A DNA stretch of 64,000 nucleotides, taken from a virus. Numbering within the stretch: the stretch's first letter is position 1; every line of letters begins with the position of its first letter. The position numbers and the translations under genes are program-made. The notes beneath the pieces were generated by a model. It was not told the origin of the DNA, did no database searches, and was given only the letters and a program-made list of their open reading frames with translations. Positions 48,668 to 58,038 of this stretch are shown here, piece after piece. Location: IMG/VR virus record IMGVR_UViG_3300030102_005560, positions 17,288 to 81,287 of that record; one strand, written 5' to 3'.

Positions 48668-51031
48668 CTACCAATGGCTCTTGGGCATCTTGGCCCCGCA
48701 TGCCTCATCGAGAGACCTCCAACCCAGAGTGTCATACACCCTCTTTATCTTGGCCTTGATGAACTTGTCAACAATCAATCCGTAATCGACTGAGAAGCCC
48801 TCCAACTCGACTGGGTTCCTGAATGCCGCTACCTCTGTGTAAGGCATGTCCTCCGGCACCTTGGACACATACAACCACCTGATGCTATCACCGACCCTCA
48901 CGGGGTCCACTGGGTCCATGTGGTTGTTGTAGTACCTCGCTGCCCTGACAGAGAGCGGTGGTGTGTTCTTGTAGTTCTCCTTGCCAATCCTACCATAGGG
49001 AGCGAGTCTCTCCATGTTCCAATCCCCATTGAGCACTGAAGTGGAGAAGTCCCTGATTGCGTCCGTCACCTCTCTCTCCTCTGCCCCCGTGCCGACCTTC
49101 CTGAACAGCACCTCGGACACCTCCTTGGTCAGGGGTGATACGCTCGACGCCTTGTATGCGAAGCCAGTCACCTTCATGGTGCCCTTCTTGCTCTCAGGCC
49201 AAGTGATGATGCCGAAGTTCCTGTTCTTCACATCAGCCGTGGTCCAGTAGTCGAAGTAGGCCTCGAACTCTATCTCCATGCCGGGGAGGTCCAGAGTCGT
49301 TTGAATCTTGTCGTTAAGTTTGTCCACAAGGTCATCGACCTCATCGAATGGGCACTGTATGTACCCGGAATCAGTGTGTCCAGCAAGGGCCTTGTAGCCT
49401 AGCACCTCGCTCTCAGATAGGAGCATGTTGATGCATCTCCTACCGTAGTGCGTGATTGTAGCACCGATGTCTGGGTCTATCCACCCACCACCGACGGCCT
49501 TCTGTGAGACGTATCCGTAGCAAGCGTTGCTGTTGACCTTCACGGCCAATTGAAGCATGTTGTACTTGAACTTGGTATCCTCGTCCTCGGCCTCGTTCAT
49601 CTTGCGCTTGTACTTCTTCCTGAGTTCCATCATCTCGCTGATGAGGGAGGGTAGCACTCCTACCTTGTTCTGGTTCCAATGCGTCCCGTTCTCTATGCTT
49701 CTGATACCCTCCCCTTTCTTTCTCTCCTTAGTAGTGATGCAGAGGTTGGCATCCACGATTATCCGAGGGTACATGGCAGCGAAGTCGATGCAAGCGACTC
49801 CGGGCCACCTACCAGCCTTTGGTTGTGGTATGAAAGCAGCAGTCATCTCCTCCCTCTTCCTGTTGAATAGTGATGGGCCCTTCAGGTCGGTCCTCCTGCC
49901 TATCAGCCCTCGAATGTAATTCGACACGTTGTGAGTCGATTGGAATCTCACACCGCAGAACTTCTGCATGGTGGTGAAGAACGGTATCGCACTCACCTTC
50001 TCCGTGCATCTCCTGAGGAGAGTGGTGTCACGCACGCAGTAGTCTACGAACTCATTGAAGTTCTCGACCCACCAAGTGCGGACATCGGCGTCCATCTTCT
50101 CTCCCTGCTCCCCGAAATCATCGGAGAGTTTCAGGTCGACAGCGATGTCAGCGAGTTTGCGACTCTTGAACTGACCATTGCCGCTCTTCTGCCACAGGGA
50201 CTCGAGCCCTGTGCCTGTGCCCCACCTAGCGGCTGTGTCGAAGCACAACCTGCCTAGGATGGGTTGAGCAGTCTCCTTGTAGCCGTCCTTCCTAGGTCGG
50301 ATGACCTCCCCTATGGGACTCAGCCTATCTGCCTTGGAGCCGAGCCTGCGAATCAACTGGGGCAAGTCAGCCCACATGATTGCATGGGCTATGAGCATGT
50401 CAGGGTCGCACTCCTCGAGATGCTTCAGGAAGGCCTCATGCATGTCATCCTCGTTGGTGAACATGTAGAGCATGTACCCGCCCTCCTTGTCTATGAAATC
50501 CATCCACTCGCTGTCCACCTCTAGGTTCCAAGCGAACACGACAGGATGGTCTGCGTGTGTGTCGTCAATTGCTATCATGGTGGTGGCACCCTCGCAGGGC
50601 TCATTGGGTTGCCACTCCATATCGAAGTACCATATCCTCGGCTCGAGCAGAGGATAGTCCCTGCTGTCTGGGTATCTGTGCTTCAACCACTGGTCAGGGT
50701 ACGAGATATCAGCCTCGTAGGTCTTCAACTCCTCCTTTATCTCCCAGAGGTGCTGCGGGTGACTCACTTCCATCTTGAACAGCGGTGTGCCATCATTGCC
50801 CATCGCAGTCTCATCAGTCTTGAACTTCACACCGGGATACCTAGCCGCTATCCTAGAGAGCCTCCTCTCAGGGATGAACGAAGGCACCCAGCAGTGCGGA
50901 GCGCAATACTCGGGGTGGTCCGGATTTAGAGTCTTTACGGTAAGACCGTCCACATTGTTACGGGTTCTCACATACAGGTGTGGTTTGCTGAAGCCATCCC
51001 AGCCCTCCGGATAGAAGTAGTCCACAATCAT
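48668..51031 (-). CDS. polB: Family B DNA polymerase
   Basis: Exo I FDME, Exo III YCVRD, motif A DFAAMYP, motif B KVNSNACYG, motif C AGHTDS. Confidence 0.95.
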   Translation of the reverse strand: MIVDYFYPEGWDGFSKPHLYVRTRNNVDGLTVKTLNPDHPEYCAPHCWVPSFIPERRLSRIAARYPGVKFKTDETAMGNDGTPLFKMEVSHPQHLWEIKEELKTYEADISYPDQWLKHRYPDSRDYPLLEPRIWYFDMEWQPNEPCEGATTMIAIDDTHADHPVVFAWNLEVDSEWMDFIDKEGGYMLYMFTNEDDMHEAFLKHLEECDPDMLIAHAIMWADLPQLIRRLGSKADRLSPIGEVIRPRKDGYKETAQPILGRLCFDTAARWGTGTGLESLWQKSGNGQFKSRKLADIAVDLKLSDDFGEQGEKMDADVRTWWVENFNEFVDYCVRDTTLLRRCTEKVSAIPFFTTMQKFCGVRFQSTHNVSNYIRGLIGRRTDLKGPSLFNRKREEMTAAFIPQPKAGRWPGVACIDFAAMYPRIIVDANLCITTKERKKGEGIRSIENGTHWNQNKVGVLPSLISEMMELRKKYKRKMNEAEDEDTKFKYNMLQLAVKVNSNACYGYVSQKAVGGGWIDPDIGATITHYGRRCINMLLSESEVLGYKALAGHTDSGYIQCPFDEVDDLVDKLNDKIQTTLDLPGMEIEFEAYFDYWTTADVKNRNFGIITWPESKKGTMKVTGFAYKASSVSPLTKEVSEVLFRKVGTGAEEREVTDAIRDFSTSVLNGDWNMERLAPYGRIGKENYKNTPPLSVRAARYYNNHMDPVDPVRVGDSIRWLYVSKVPEDMPYTEVAAFRNPVELEGFSVDYGLIVDKFIKAKIKRVYDTLGWRSLDEACGAKMPKSHW

Positions 51032-51035
51032 CGAA

Positions 51036-51800
51036 TCACTCCTGTTGGTCGATGATGATTAGCAGTCTCTCCTCGTTACTCTTCTCCTGCTGCACCACGA
51101 GCCCGGTCGCTTGACCGAAGTGCAGTGTCGCTGTGGAGGGTGATACGAGCCCTAGGCAGGGCATGAGCCATGGCCCGAAGTTGGAGTGGACCGTGTGCGC
51201 TGGCCCTTCGCTGTCATCCAAGTCAGTGGTGGCGAATATCCTCACGTCATGCTCCTTGCCGACAGCGACGGATATCTCACCAGCCTCAGCATTGGCAGTC
51301 ACCTTGAAGTCGGAGTTGTTCGCTATCAGGTTCTTCATCGATGATATGCTGTTGAAGTCCTTCAGATTGGCCGTGCCATGGACGTCGTAGTTATCCATGC
51401 CGAAACTCCTCCAATCCGCCTCCTCTGCCTTGGACACCAACTTATCGAAGTTGGGGAGCATCTGCGTGCTCTTGCAGTCGGTGATTGGCAGGTTCATCTT
51501 CAGATTGCCGGATGACACATACAGAGTCTTGCCATTGGCCATCTGCTTCAATGTGACCTGTCCCTTGCACTTCTTCACGAAGGTCACTAACTTCGCTAGG
51601 TCGGAGATGATTATCGAGCCAGCCTTGTCTACCCCTGAGGTGAGTGTCCTCTTCACTCTGAGATAGTGGGTCTGATACCCAACCGCGTAGGTCATGACTT
51701 GCTTGTCCTCGCTCAGGTCTAACCTGAGGTCATTGATGCTCTGAGGAAACTGGGCTATGTGACCTAACAACTCATCCTTGTCTAGAACTAGCGTGGGCAT
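51036..51800 (-). CDS. PCNA-like sliding clamp (divergent)
   Basis: ~254 aa with a two-repeat alpha/beta pattern ending ...LLIIIDQ; next to PolB; AGGTGA SD before ATG 51800. Confidence 0.55.
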   Translation of the reverse strand: MPTLVLDKDELLGHIAQFPQSINDLRLDLSEDKQVMTYAVGYQTHYLRVKRTLTSGVDKAGSIIISDLAKLVTFVKKCKGQVTLKQMANGKTLYVSSGNLKMNLPITDCKSTQMLPNFDKLVSKAEEADWRSFGMDNYDVHGTANLKDFNSISSMKNLIANNSDFKVTANAEAGEISVAVGKEHDVRIFATTDLDDSEGPAHTVHSNFGPWLMPCLGLVSPSTATLHFGQATGLVVQQEKSNEERLLIIIDQQE

Positions 51801-51808
51801 CCAATCAC

Positions 51809-52786
51809 CTACAGGTTCTCTAGTTCGGGAAGCCCATTCCAAGTGGGTCTCTTGCCTTGCTCGGTTCTCAATATGATGCTCTTCTGTCCTTGGAGCGAGG
51901 CATCGGTCTTGCTCTTCTCGAACGTCGCTGTGTACTCTGACATGATGACGTCCCCATTGTCATCGGTGATGTCGTTTCTCTCGCACAGCACGATTTGGAA
52001 CAGGTAGTTGTTGGTGGCCTTCTCCCAAGCAGGGCGCCATTGCGCGTTTTGCTCATTCGCGCTGCTGTAGTTGGTCATCTTGAGATGAGTCTCCCAGAAC
52101 ACCCTCACGCCTCTCTTGACCAGACCCCTGCACGTAGCAGTCATCTGGTGGAAGCGCGTGGTCCTGATGGCCCAATCCCACTGGTACTCGACTCTCCTGC
52201 CTGTACCAGCGCCTCTGTTATCGGCAGCGTCTATCCCATCTCGACTTAACCCGAGGTCAGCGATGCGCATGCAATTGGTCGCTACGCTGTCCCATAGGTC
52301 CACACCAGTGACGAGAACGCCCCAGTACTGGTCGTGCTCGCTCAAGGTGTATTGCAGGATTGACATGACCCTGTCATGTGTAGCAGGGTAATCATAGGCA
52401 GTCCTGTCATTGACGTTCATGACCCAAGGGTCCCAGCACTTGATGTACTTGTTATCAGGGTAGAATGCCGACTTGGTAGCAGCACCGCCGCCATCGAAGT
52501 CGAGGATTGCTAGATACTTCGGCTCACCATCCTCACTCTTCGATATCTCATCGCAGTAATTTTGGAAGAAGTGCAGAACTACTCCTGACTTGCCTGTGTT
52601 CTCATGCCCTATGACTCCCATGAAGATGTGAGTCTTCGGACCACTTTGTTGTAGTTCCTCGAACTCTGCCTTCAGCGCAGCGAATGCGCCAGAGTCAGTT
52701 CTTTGAACAACAGGTGTGGCCTCGAGTTCATCCGCTGCTTCCTCCTCCACCTGAAGGTCCTTCGCCTTGCCGAACCCAGCCATCAA
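51809..52786 (-). CDS. RecA/RadA-superfamily ATPase (RadA/Sak4-like)
   Basis: GHENTGKS, ILDFDGG, VLVTGVD, VFWETH. Confidence 0.7.
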   Translation of the reverse strand: MMAGFGKAKDLQVEEEAADELEATPVVQRTDSGAFAALKAEFEELQQSGPKTHIFMGVIGHENTGKSGVVLHFFQNYCDEISKSEDGEPKYLAILDFDGGGAATKSAFYPDNKYIKCWDPWVMNVNDRTAYDYPATHDRVMSILQYTLSEHDQYWGVLVTGVDLWDSVATNCMRIADLGLSRDGIDAADNRGAGTGRRVEYQWDWAIRTTRFHQMTATCRGLVKRGVRVFWETHLKMTNYSSANEQNAQWRPAWEKATNNYLFQIVLCERNDITDDNGDVIMSEYTATFEKSKTDASLQGQKSIILRTEQGKRPTWNGLPELENL

Positions 52787-53028
52787 TCCTCACTCCGCTC
52801 GGGTGCAGCAGGCTGCTGTTGCATCAGGTTCAGTTCGTTCATGTCTCTGCTCAGTTTCTCTGCCGATTGGATTACCGAGTTTGCGAAGCCCTCCAGCAAT
52901 CGCAGTGACATGAGCCTCTGGTTGGATACCTTCTGCAACTCCTGTGCTTGCCCCATCAGTTGGTCATAAGCGGCCTTTACGTTCTCTAGTTCTTCCTCTA
53001 CTTGTTTCTTGGTTTTCTTTTCTGTCAT
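52783..53028 (-). CDS. Small coiled-coil protein
   Basis: AGGTGA SD; heptad pattern. Confidence 0.65.
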   Translation of the reverse strand: MTEKKTKKQVEEELENVKAAYDQLMGQAQELQKVSNQRLMSLRLLEGFANSVIQSAEKLSRDMNELNLMQQQPAAPERSED

Positions 53029-53039
53029 TCCTAATCACC

Positions 53040-54365
53040 TCAGTTGAATTGCTCCGAGCCAGTGCTACCACCCTGCTGTCCTCTCCGGGACCGGCGTGCG
53101 CTGGCATACACTCCCATGGCCTTGATGTTGGGTATCATCTCTCCATCTCTTGACGACATGGCTAGTCTTCCGCAGACAAGCACCGGACTCCTCTCGGCGT
53201 ATGGCCACTTCTCCCCGTCCTCCTCCTCGAAGTGGAAGGGATGGCTCAGGTCGTTGCAGGCTCCTGAAATCCATACGGTGATGTCGCTACCGATGCCAGT
53301 GCCATGTATGTGTTGAAGTTTTGATGATGTCAGCGAAAGGGAGTATGACATACCACTCTCATCGTACTCGCTCTCCCTGCCCTCTGGTGACATCCTGTTG
53401 ACTATGCCCTTCGTGAAGACGATTGGTCCTACTCTGCCTTGTCTACCATCAGCGCCCTCGAACGTCCTGACATTGGCCTCGTAGGCCTCTGGTAGTTCCT
53501 CTAGGTCCACGTACGTCTCACCGACGAAATCCTCGCTGGTCCAGAAGGTGAACGGGTTGAGGAACTTCTTCACTCCGTCATCGACGAAGTCATCGGTGTA
53601 CTCGACCGCGCTCCAGAAGTTCATGTTGGTGTTGAGGATGTCCTTGAAGGCCTCGAGTTCAGTCGTTGGCATCCTCACCTGTATCTTGCATGGGACTCCT
53701 ATCCTAACCTCGCGGTCCTTGTTGTCGTCCGTGCAGTCCACCCTCCACAGGGATACGTTGCCGTTGTTGACGAACTCATTGATTTCATTGCCGAGGAAGT
53801 AATAGTGCCTGCCTATGCTCTTGCATGGATACGGATTGCCCGCTCTGCTCAGTAGGCAGCAGTAGTCGTTGCCTGCCCTGAATCCCATGGACGGAGTCTC
53901 CTCCACCGACTCGTTGGTCTGAAGCACGCCGTTCGTGGTGTTGATTACCCATGTGTCGCCCTCCTTCATGTAGTGACCGACCATGCCGCTGCCTAGGGCT
54001 TCGTTGCTGTTGTTTACCCACATCTCCGCTCTGCGTCGTACGATGTTGGCTCTCCTGTCCGAGGACTTGGCATCCACTCCTACGAAGCAACCTACGAACG
54101 TGGTGGTATCAGCACCACCGCCGCTCACGCCGCTCCTCCTGTCCATGATGACGAAGGACTCAGCCCAGTCAATCAGGAGGTCCTCGCTCTCGGCGGCCCA
54201 GTCGTCGCAGGAATGCTCGTCCATCAAGTGCTTGATGAATGCCTCCTGCACCTTCTCCAAGGACTCGCCAGTCCTCTCAGCCTGCATGCTGAGTCTCTCG
54301 ATGACCTCAGCAGGCCACTCTTCTGTCTTTCTTTCTTTCTTAAACGGGTTGTTATCATCTGTCAT
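53040..54365 (-). CDS. Putative RPA-like ssDNA-binding protein (OB folds)
   Basis: Acidic, OB-like beta segments (VFTKGIV, ITVWI, VLVCGRL); G-rich tail ending QFN; SD GAGGTGG before ATG 54365; lies between RFC and RadA-like genes. Confidence 0.55.
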   Translation of the reverse strand: MTDDNNPFKKERKTEEWPAEVIERLSMQAERTGESLEKVQEAFIKHLMDEHSCDDWAAESEDLLIDWAESFVIMDRRSGVSGGGADTTTFVGCFVGVDAKSSDRRANIVRRRAEMWVNNSNEALGSGMVGHYMKEGDTWVINTTNGVLQTNESVEETPSMGFRAGNDYCCLLSRAGNPYPCKSIGRHYYFLGNEINEFVNNGNVSLWRVDCTDDNKDREVRIGVPCKIQVRMPTTELEAFKDILNTNMNFWSAVEYTDDFVDDGVKKFLNPFTFWTSEDFVGETYVDLEELPEAYEANVRTFEGADGRQGRVGPIVFTKGIVNRMSPEGRESEYDESGMSYSLSLTSSKLQHIHGTGIGSDITVWISGACNDLSHPFHFEEEDGEKWPYAERSPVLVCGRLAMSSRDGEMIPNIKAMGVYASARRSRRGQQGGSTGSEQFN

Positions 54366-54525
54366 ATTTCCACCTCTTCTCATCTCTTCCATTGATTTCA
54401 TCAACGGATTTTCTCAAGTTATCCACTACCATGGTCAGGTTGGCAATCTCCACCTCGACCCCAGCAAGTCCTCTTTGTATTGTGAGGCCCAATTCTTCAA
54501 TGTCTATGCTTCTTAATTCACTCAT
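54355..54525 (-). CDS. 56-aa coiled-coil microprotein (not in ORF track)
   Basis: MSELRSIDIEELGLTIQRGLAGVEVEIANLTMVVDNLRKSVDEINGRDEKRWKYDR; ATGA overlap with RFC stop. Confidence 0.6.
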   Translation of the reverse strand: MSELRSIDIEELGLTIQRGLAGVEVEIANLTMVVDNLRKSVDEINGRDEKRWKYDR

Positions 54526-55469
54526 ATTCTTTCACTTTCCTTTTTCATTTTCGCCACCATATAGTCTAGGTAGGAATAGTCATCGCCGCTCCACGTATGC
54601 TTGTGTACCAGCACATCGCCATACACAGCCATCATGGGCCAGAGAACAGGGTACACCTCGTCATCGAAGTGTTTCCTCATGTTCCTGTAGAACCCGCTCA
54701 GCACATTGTGGAGTGGTGCACCAGAGTCGAGCAGTGCATGAAGGTTCCGTCTGAGTTTGTGCCACTCGTCTTTCACAATCAACTCAGCATTGTCATCAGA
54801 GGCCATTGCCTCTAGGAGTTCAATCCTCTCTTGGAGAGTGTCTATGGCCATCCCGTCGAGGAACATGACGCATGCGCGTATGTCCCCGTTCATCGCTCTG
54901 GTGAGTCTCCTCAGGAGTTCATCCAGTTTGAACCAGTACGCATGCCACTCCCTTCCCAGTATCGCACTCAGACGGTTGGCACCTGCGCTCTCTGACACGG
55001 GCTTGAAGGCATAGGTCTTGCATCTGGAGCGTATCGCAGGTCTGACCTTCTCCAAGTCGTTGCACGTGAGAATCAGCATGGCGTTCTTGGAGTACTTCTC
55101 TATGATTTGCCTCATGGCGTCCTGTGCTGTAGGTGTGAGACCATCAGCCTCATCCAGAAGGACGACCTTCCTCTCTGCTCCTATTGACTTGGCCCTCATG
55201 GCGAACTTGAGTTCGCTCCTGATGAAGTCAATGCCCCTGTCGTCACTCGCATTCGTCTCTATGAAGTTCATCTCGTTGAAGTGCTCACCCAGCATCGTCC
55301 TCGCTATCACTGTAGCAGCACTGGTCTTGCCTATCCCCGGTGGGCCATGAAACAACAACGCTTGGGGATATGACCCCTCGTTCTCCCAACCCTCGACGTC
55401 CTCGACCAGTTTATCCAGTCCGACTAGGTCATTGAGGGTCTGGGGTATCGCTCTCTCAATCAGTCTCAT
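54522..55469 (-). CDS. rfcS: Replication factor C small subunit (clamp loader)
   Basis: GPPGIGKT, NASDDRGID, LDEAD, IRSRC. Confidence 0.95.
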   Translation of the reverse strand: MRLIERAIPQTLNDLVGLDKLVEDVEGWENEGSYPQALLFHGPPGIGKTSAATVIARTMLGEHFNEMNFIETNASDDRGIDFIRSELKFAMRAKSIGAERKVVLLDEADGLTPTAQDAMRQIIEKYSKNAMLILTCNDLEKVRPAIRSRCKTYAFKPVSESAGANRLSAILGREWHAYWFKLDELLRRLTRAMNGDIRACVMFLDGMAIDTLQERIELLEAMASDDNAELIVKDEWHKLRRNLHALLDSGAPLHNVLSGFYRNMRKHFDDEVYPVLWPMMAVYGDVLVHKHTWSGDDYSYLDYMVAKMKKESERI

Positions 55470-55482
55470 ACGCACTGAACGG

Positions 55483-55500
55483 CTATTCCCTTTTATAGTC
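55483..55500 (-). promoter_or_regulatory. Conserved promoter motif GACTATAAAAGGGAATAG, copy 1
   Basis: TATAAAA 22-28 nt upstream of RFC ATG; near-identical copies at 59533 and 60755. Confidence 0.75.
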
Positions 55501-55918
55501 AGAGAGATTTCTCCACTTCTTCGTGCATCTCATCGTACTTCGGAGCCCACTCTACGAACTTCTCCCAGTTGGCTGGAGGCGGGTTGTCGTACAACCACCT
55601 CATCACCCTCAGTCCCTTGGTGTCAGATGGCGTGTAGCCGTATACTGACTCTATCTTCTCGAAGAGCATGAGGAACTGCTCGACGTCATCCACCCGGTGG
55701 TATGACTTCTGCATCCTTATCCCGTAGTTCCCTAGGAACGACTCCACGCATTCCTTCTGGTCATCAGTGCCGGAGGAGAACAGGGACCTCCATCTTATCC
55801 TCCTCTGGAGCCTGACGCTGGACGTGCTGTCCCCTCTGTTCTCGAACCATGAACTGAATCGCACTTCAGTCAGCGCTATCCCCAGTCCCACTGCGTCCCT
55901 ATCCACTGCCACCACCAA
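55499..55918 (-). CDS. Hypothetical protein, possibly degenerate LAGLIDADG fold
   Basis: LGIALTEVRF helix followed by a beta-beta-alpha pattern; weak similarity judged by eye. Confidence 0.4.
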   Translation of the reverse strand: MVVAVDRDAVGLGIALTEVRFSSWFENRGDSTSSVRLQRRIRWRSLFSSGTDDQKECVESFLGNYGIRMQKSYHRVDDVEQFLMLFEKIESVYGYTPSDTKGLRVMRWLYDNPPPANWEKFVEWAPKYDEMHEEVEKSL

Positions 55919-57200
55919 TCAAGTCAACGTACTGCGTGACGTCCTCTATACCCATGCCGTCCCTCAATGACATGTAGGAGGGGTTGGTAAGCATATTGGT
56001 CTCCCTGTCGATGAATGGCGAGGAGACCGAGATGACGACGCAGTGCTCTATGGGCACCTCGTTCCAATCAGCCTCGGCCTTGCCCCTGTCAGGCATCAGC
56101 CTGTCTAGGTGGAACGTGATGCTGGTCTGCTCGTTCGGCTCGTAGACCGGGCAGATGCATGCATCGATGTAGTCGTCGTAACCATCCATGGCCTGCAATC
56201 GTATGCTCATCGAGCCATCCTTCTCCTGCTTGTACGCATCCAACCTGAGATTGTGTATGTGATGGTCCCTGACTAGCATGTACCCACCCTCCTCAGTTGG
56301 GTTGTAAGGTGATACGTTGGGGAACCTGACGCTGTGATTCTCATCCGTTCTCATCAGCGCGTGCCAAGAGGGGATGGGGACGGGCCACGCTATCTCGGCG
56401 TCGTTGCTGTCGTGGTACATGGCGAGCCTATCCTGAAGGCTCAGTTCCGGATGCTCTGGGAAGATGGCATCGACCACCGTCCCGTTCTTCGTCCTCTCTA
56501 TGATGACCTCCCCCTCCATCACGACCTCCGTCATCCCGCTCAATGGTATCTCTTGGTACAGGGCACCGTTGTACTCATCCAGCCCGGTGACCCTCTGCTT
56601 GCTCCAAGAGTAGAGGGGCCTCTTCCTCAACGCCACCCTAGGGCTATGGTACCACTCCTTGGGATTGAATAGGCTGTCGACGGCATTGAACATGGACTCG
56701 ATGACCTCCTCGTCTGAAAGGTATGCTCTGCTCCCTCTGACCACATCGGCCTTGATGCCCAGTTGCGAACCTAGGAGAGTTAGAAATCCACCCCTTGTAA
56801 TTATTGCTCTGTCTCTTATTAAAGTGGACCAGAACAACCTCGCTTCTGGCTCGCTCAACTGCTTGGACGTGGGTATGAAGGTGAAGTCCTTCAGTATGGC
56901 TTGTCTTAGACGCAAGACTTCATCCAGTGAGTATTGCGACTGCTGTGTCTCGCTGCTCTCGGAAGCCAGCAGTTGGGAGACCGAACCAGTCACCAGTTCC
57001 CTCAGTATCTCGATTGGCGTCTCCAACTCGGTTGCCACCTTGAGCAGTGCCATCGTCTCCGTCATCGTGTCCTGATTGTCTGGGAACAGGATGGTGTATG
57101 CTGACAATGCATCCTCCATCTGGAACTCCAGCCTGTGCAGGGCACGCTTGTCACCAAGTCTCCTGCTCTCCCAAGCGATGGCCAACTCGCTGAATTGCAT
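55899..57200 (-). CDS. Degenerate ATP-dependent DNA ligase homologue
   Basis: MQFSELA start, SLDEV and LSEPEARLF (DBD-like); SPYNP; C-terminal VVISV..LTNPSYMSLRD..IEDV (OB-like); no KxDG. Confidence 0.6.
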   Translation of the reverse strand: MQFSELAIAWESRRLGDKRALHRLEFQMEDALSAYTILFPDNQDTMTETMALLKVATELETPIEILRELVTGSVSQLLASESSETQQSQYSLDEVLRLRQAILKDFTFIPTSKQLSEPEARLFWSTLIRDRAIITRGGFLTLLGSQLGIKADVVRGSRAYLSDEEVIESMFNAVDSLFNPKEWYHSPRVALRKRPLYSWSKQRVTGLDEYNGALYQEIPLSGMTEVVMEGEVIIERTKNGTVVDAIFPEHPELSLQDRLAMYHDSNDAEIAWPVPIPSWHALMRTDENHSVRFPNVSPYNPTEEGGYMLVRDHHIHNLRLDAYKQEKDGSMSIRLQAMDGYDDYIDACICPVYEPNEQTSITFHLDRLMPDRGKAEADWNEVPIEHCVVISVSSPFIDRETNMLTNPSYMSLRDGMGIEDVTQYVDLIGGGSG

Positions 57201-57224
57201 CACTTATGGGGTCAGGTATCTTGC

Positions 57225-57238
57225 ATTAAGGGCTTTTG
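57225..57238 (-). promoter_or_regulatory. Archaeal BRE-TATA promoter for ligase-like gene
   Basis: - strand CAAAAGCCCTTAAT, TATA element ~25-29 nt upstream of ATG 57200. Confidence 0.55.
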
Positions 57239-57282
57239 CCCGCGCTAGAAAGTGCTAAGAGATTTATAGCGCTCCGGCTATC

Positions 57283-58038
57283 ATGAGCGAAGCGTTTGAG
57301 AAAGCGTGGTTTGTTCTCAAGTTCCAACCTTCCCAAGGGTATAGAATAGGAGAAGGTCGAAATCAAGTGGTCTACGGCATGGAAGGAGACCCTAACGTAA
57401 CTAAGGTCGGCGGTGCCTTCAACCTAGGAGACATGTATCTGAACGAGTTGCTGAAACCGATAGGGCCGCTCGCTGGACAGGTAGTGATACCAACGACGGA
57501 GGAGTTACCAGTAGAGGCTCAGTCACGCTTCATAGGACGCAGCCCTATACTGTCCCAGCAGATAAGAGGAGACCCTTTCCCTGATACTAAATCCCACAAG
57601 GAACACATGGCAGACAGTTTTGCTAACATGGCAATGGCATACGACCAACCGGAGTACGGAGCGTTACTGGAGGCGCTAGGCTTGGCTGATTTGAAAAGAC
57701 CCAACTTCATGAGGGTGGCTGGTTACGAGAAGCCGCTCATCCACGACCCGATGTTCTATGGCCCCGAGAATCCCGCTAACCAGCACTCGGATGAATATCG
57801 CACTGCCTTCTTGGCGAGAGGAACCCCACGAAGACTGGGTATAGATTACACAGTTCCTGATGTGTTGATGGAGTCACTAGCACGTAGAGTGGATGAGTTG
57901 CCCTACGACGAATACGTTCAACCAGCATTGGAATCCGAGGTACCTATGAGCGCCATCGAGGAGGAGCAACTCAACCAGATGATTGATGAGCAGGGGAAGG
58001 ATGTCAAGTCTAATCTTGGGAAGATTGGCGTGTTTTGA
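57283..58038 (+). CDS. Protein kinase-like protein, inverted relative to neighbours
   Basis: IGEGRNQVVY (Gly loop), VTK, ADLKRPNF (catalytic loop), IHDP (DFG-equivalent). Confidence 0.7.
   Translation: MSEAFEKAWFVLKFQPSQGYRIGEGRNQVVYGMEGDPNVTKVGGAFNLGDMYLNELLKPIGPLAGQVVIPTTEELPVEAQSRFIGRSPILSQQIRGDPFPDTKSHKEHMADSFANMAMAYDQPEYGALLEALGLADLKRPNFMRVAGYEKPLIHDPMFYGPENPANQHSDEYRTAFLARGTPRRLGIDYTVPDVLMESLARRVDELPYDEYVQPALESEVPMSAIEEEQLNQMIDEQGKDVKSNLGKIGVF

Noticed and set aside
41455-55469. Cellular archaeal chromosome or provirus flank
   Set aside because: Genes are divergent, tightly coupled, share the motif avoidance of the virion genes and lack ribosomal or metabolic neighbours; no integrase or att site was seen
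57261-57270. TTTATA as the TATA box of the kinase gene
   Set aside because: It lies only ~15-20 nt before the ATG, too close for canonical archaeal spacing, so it was left uncalled
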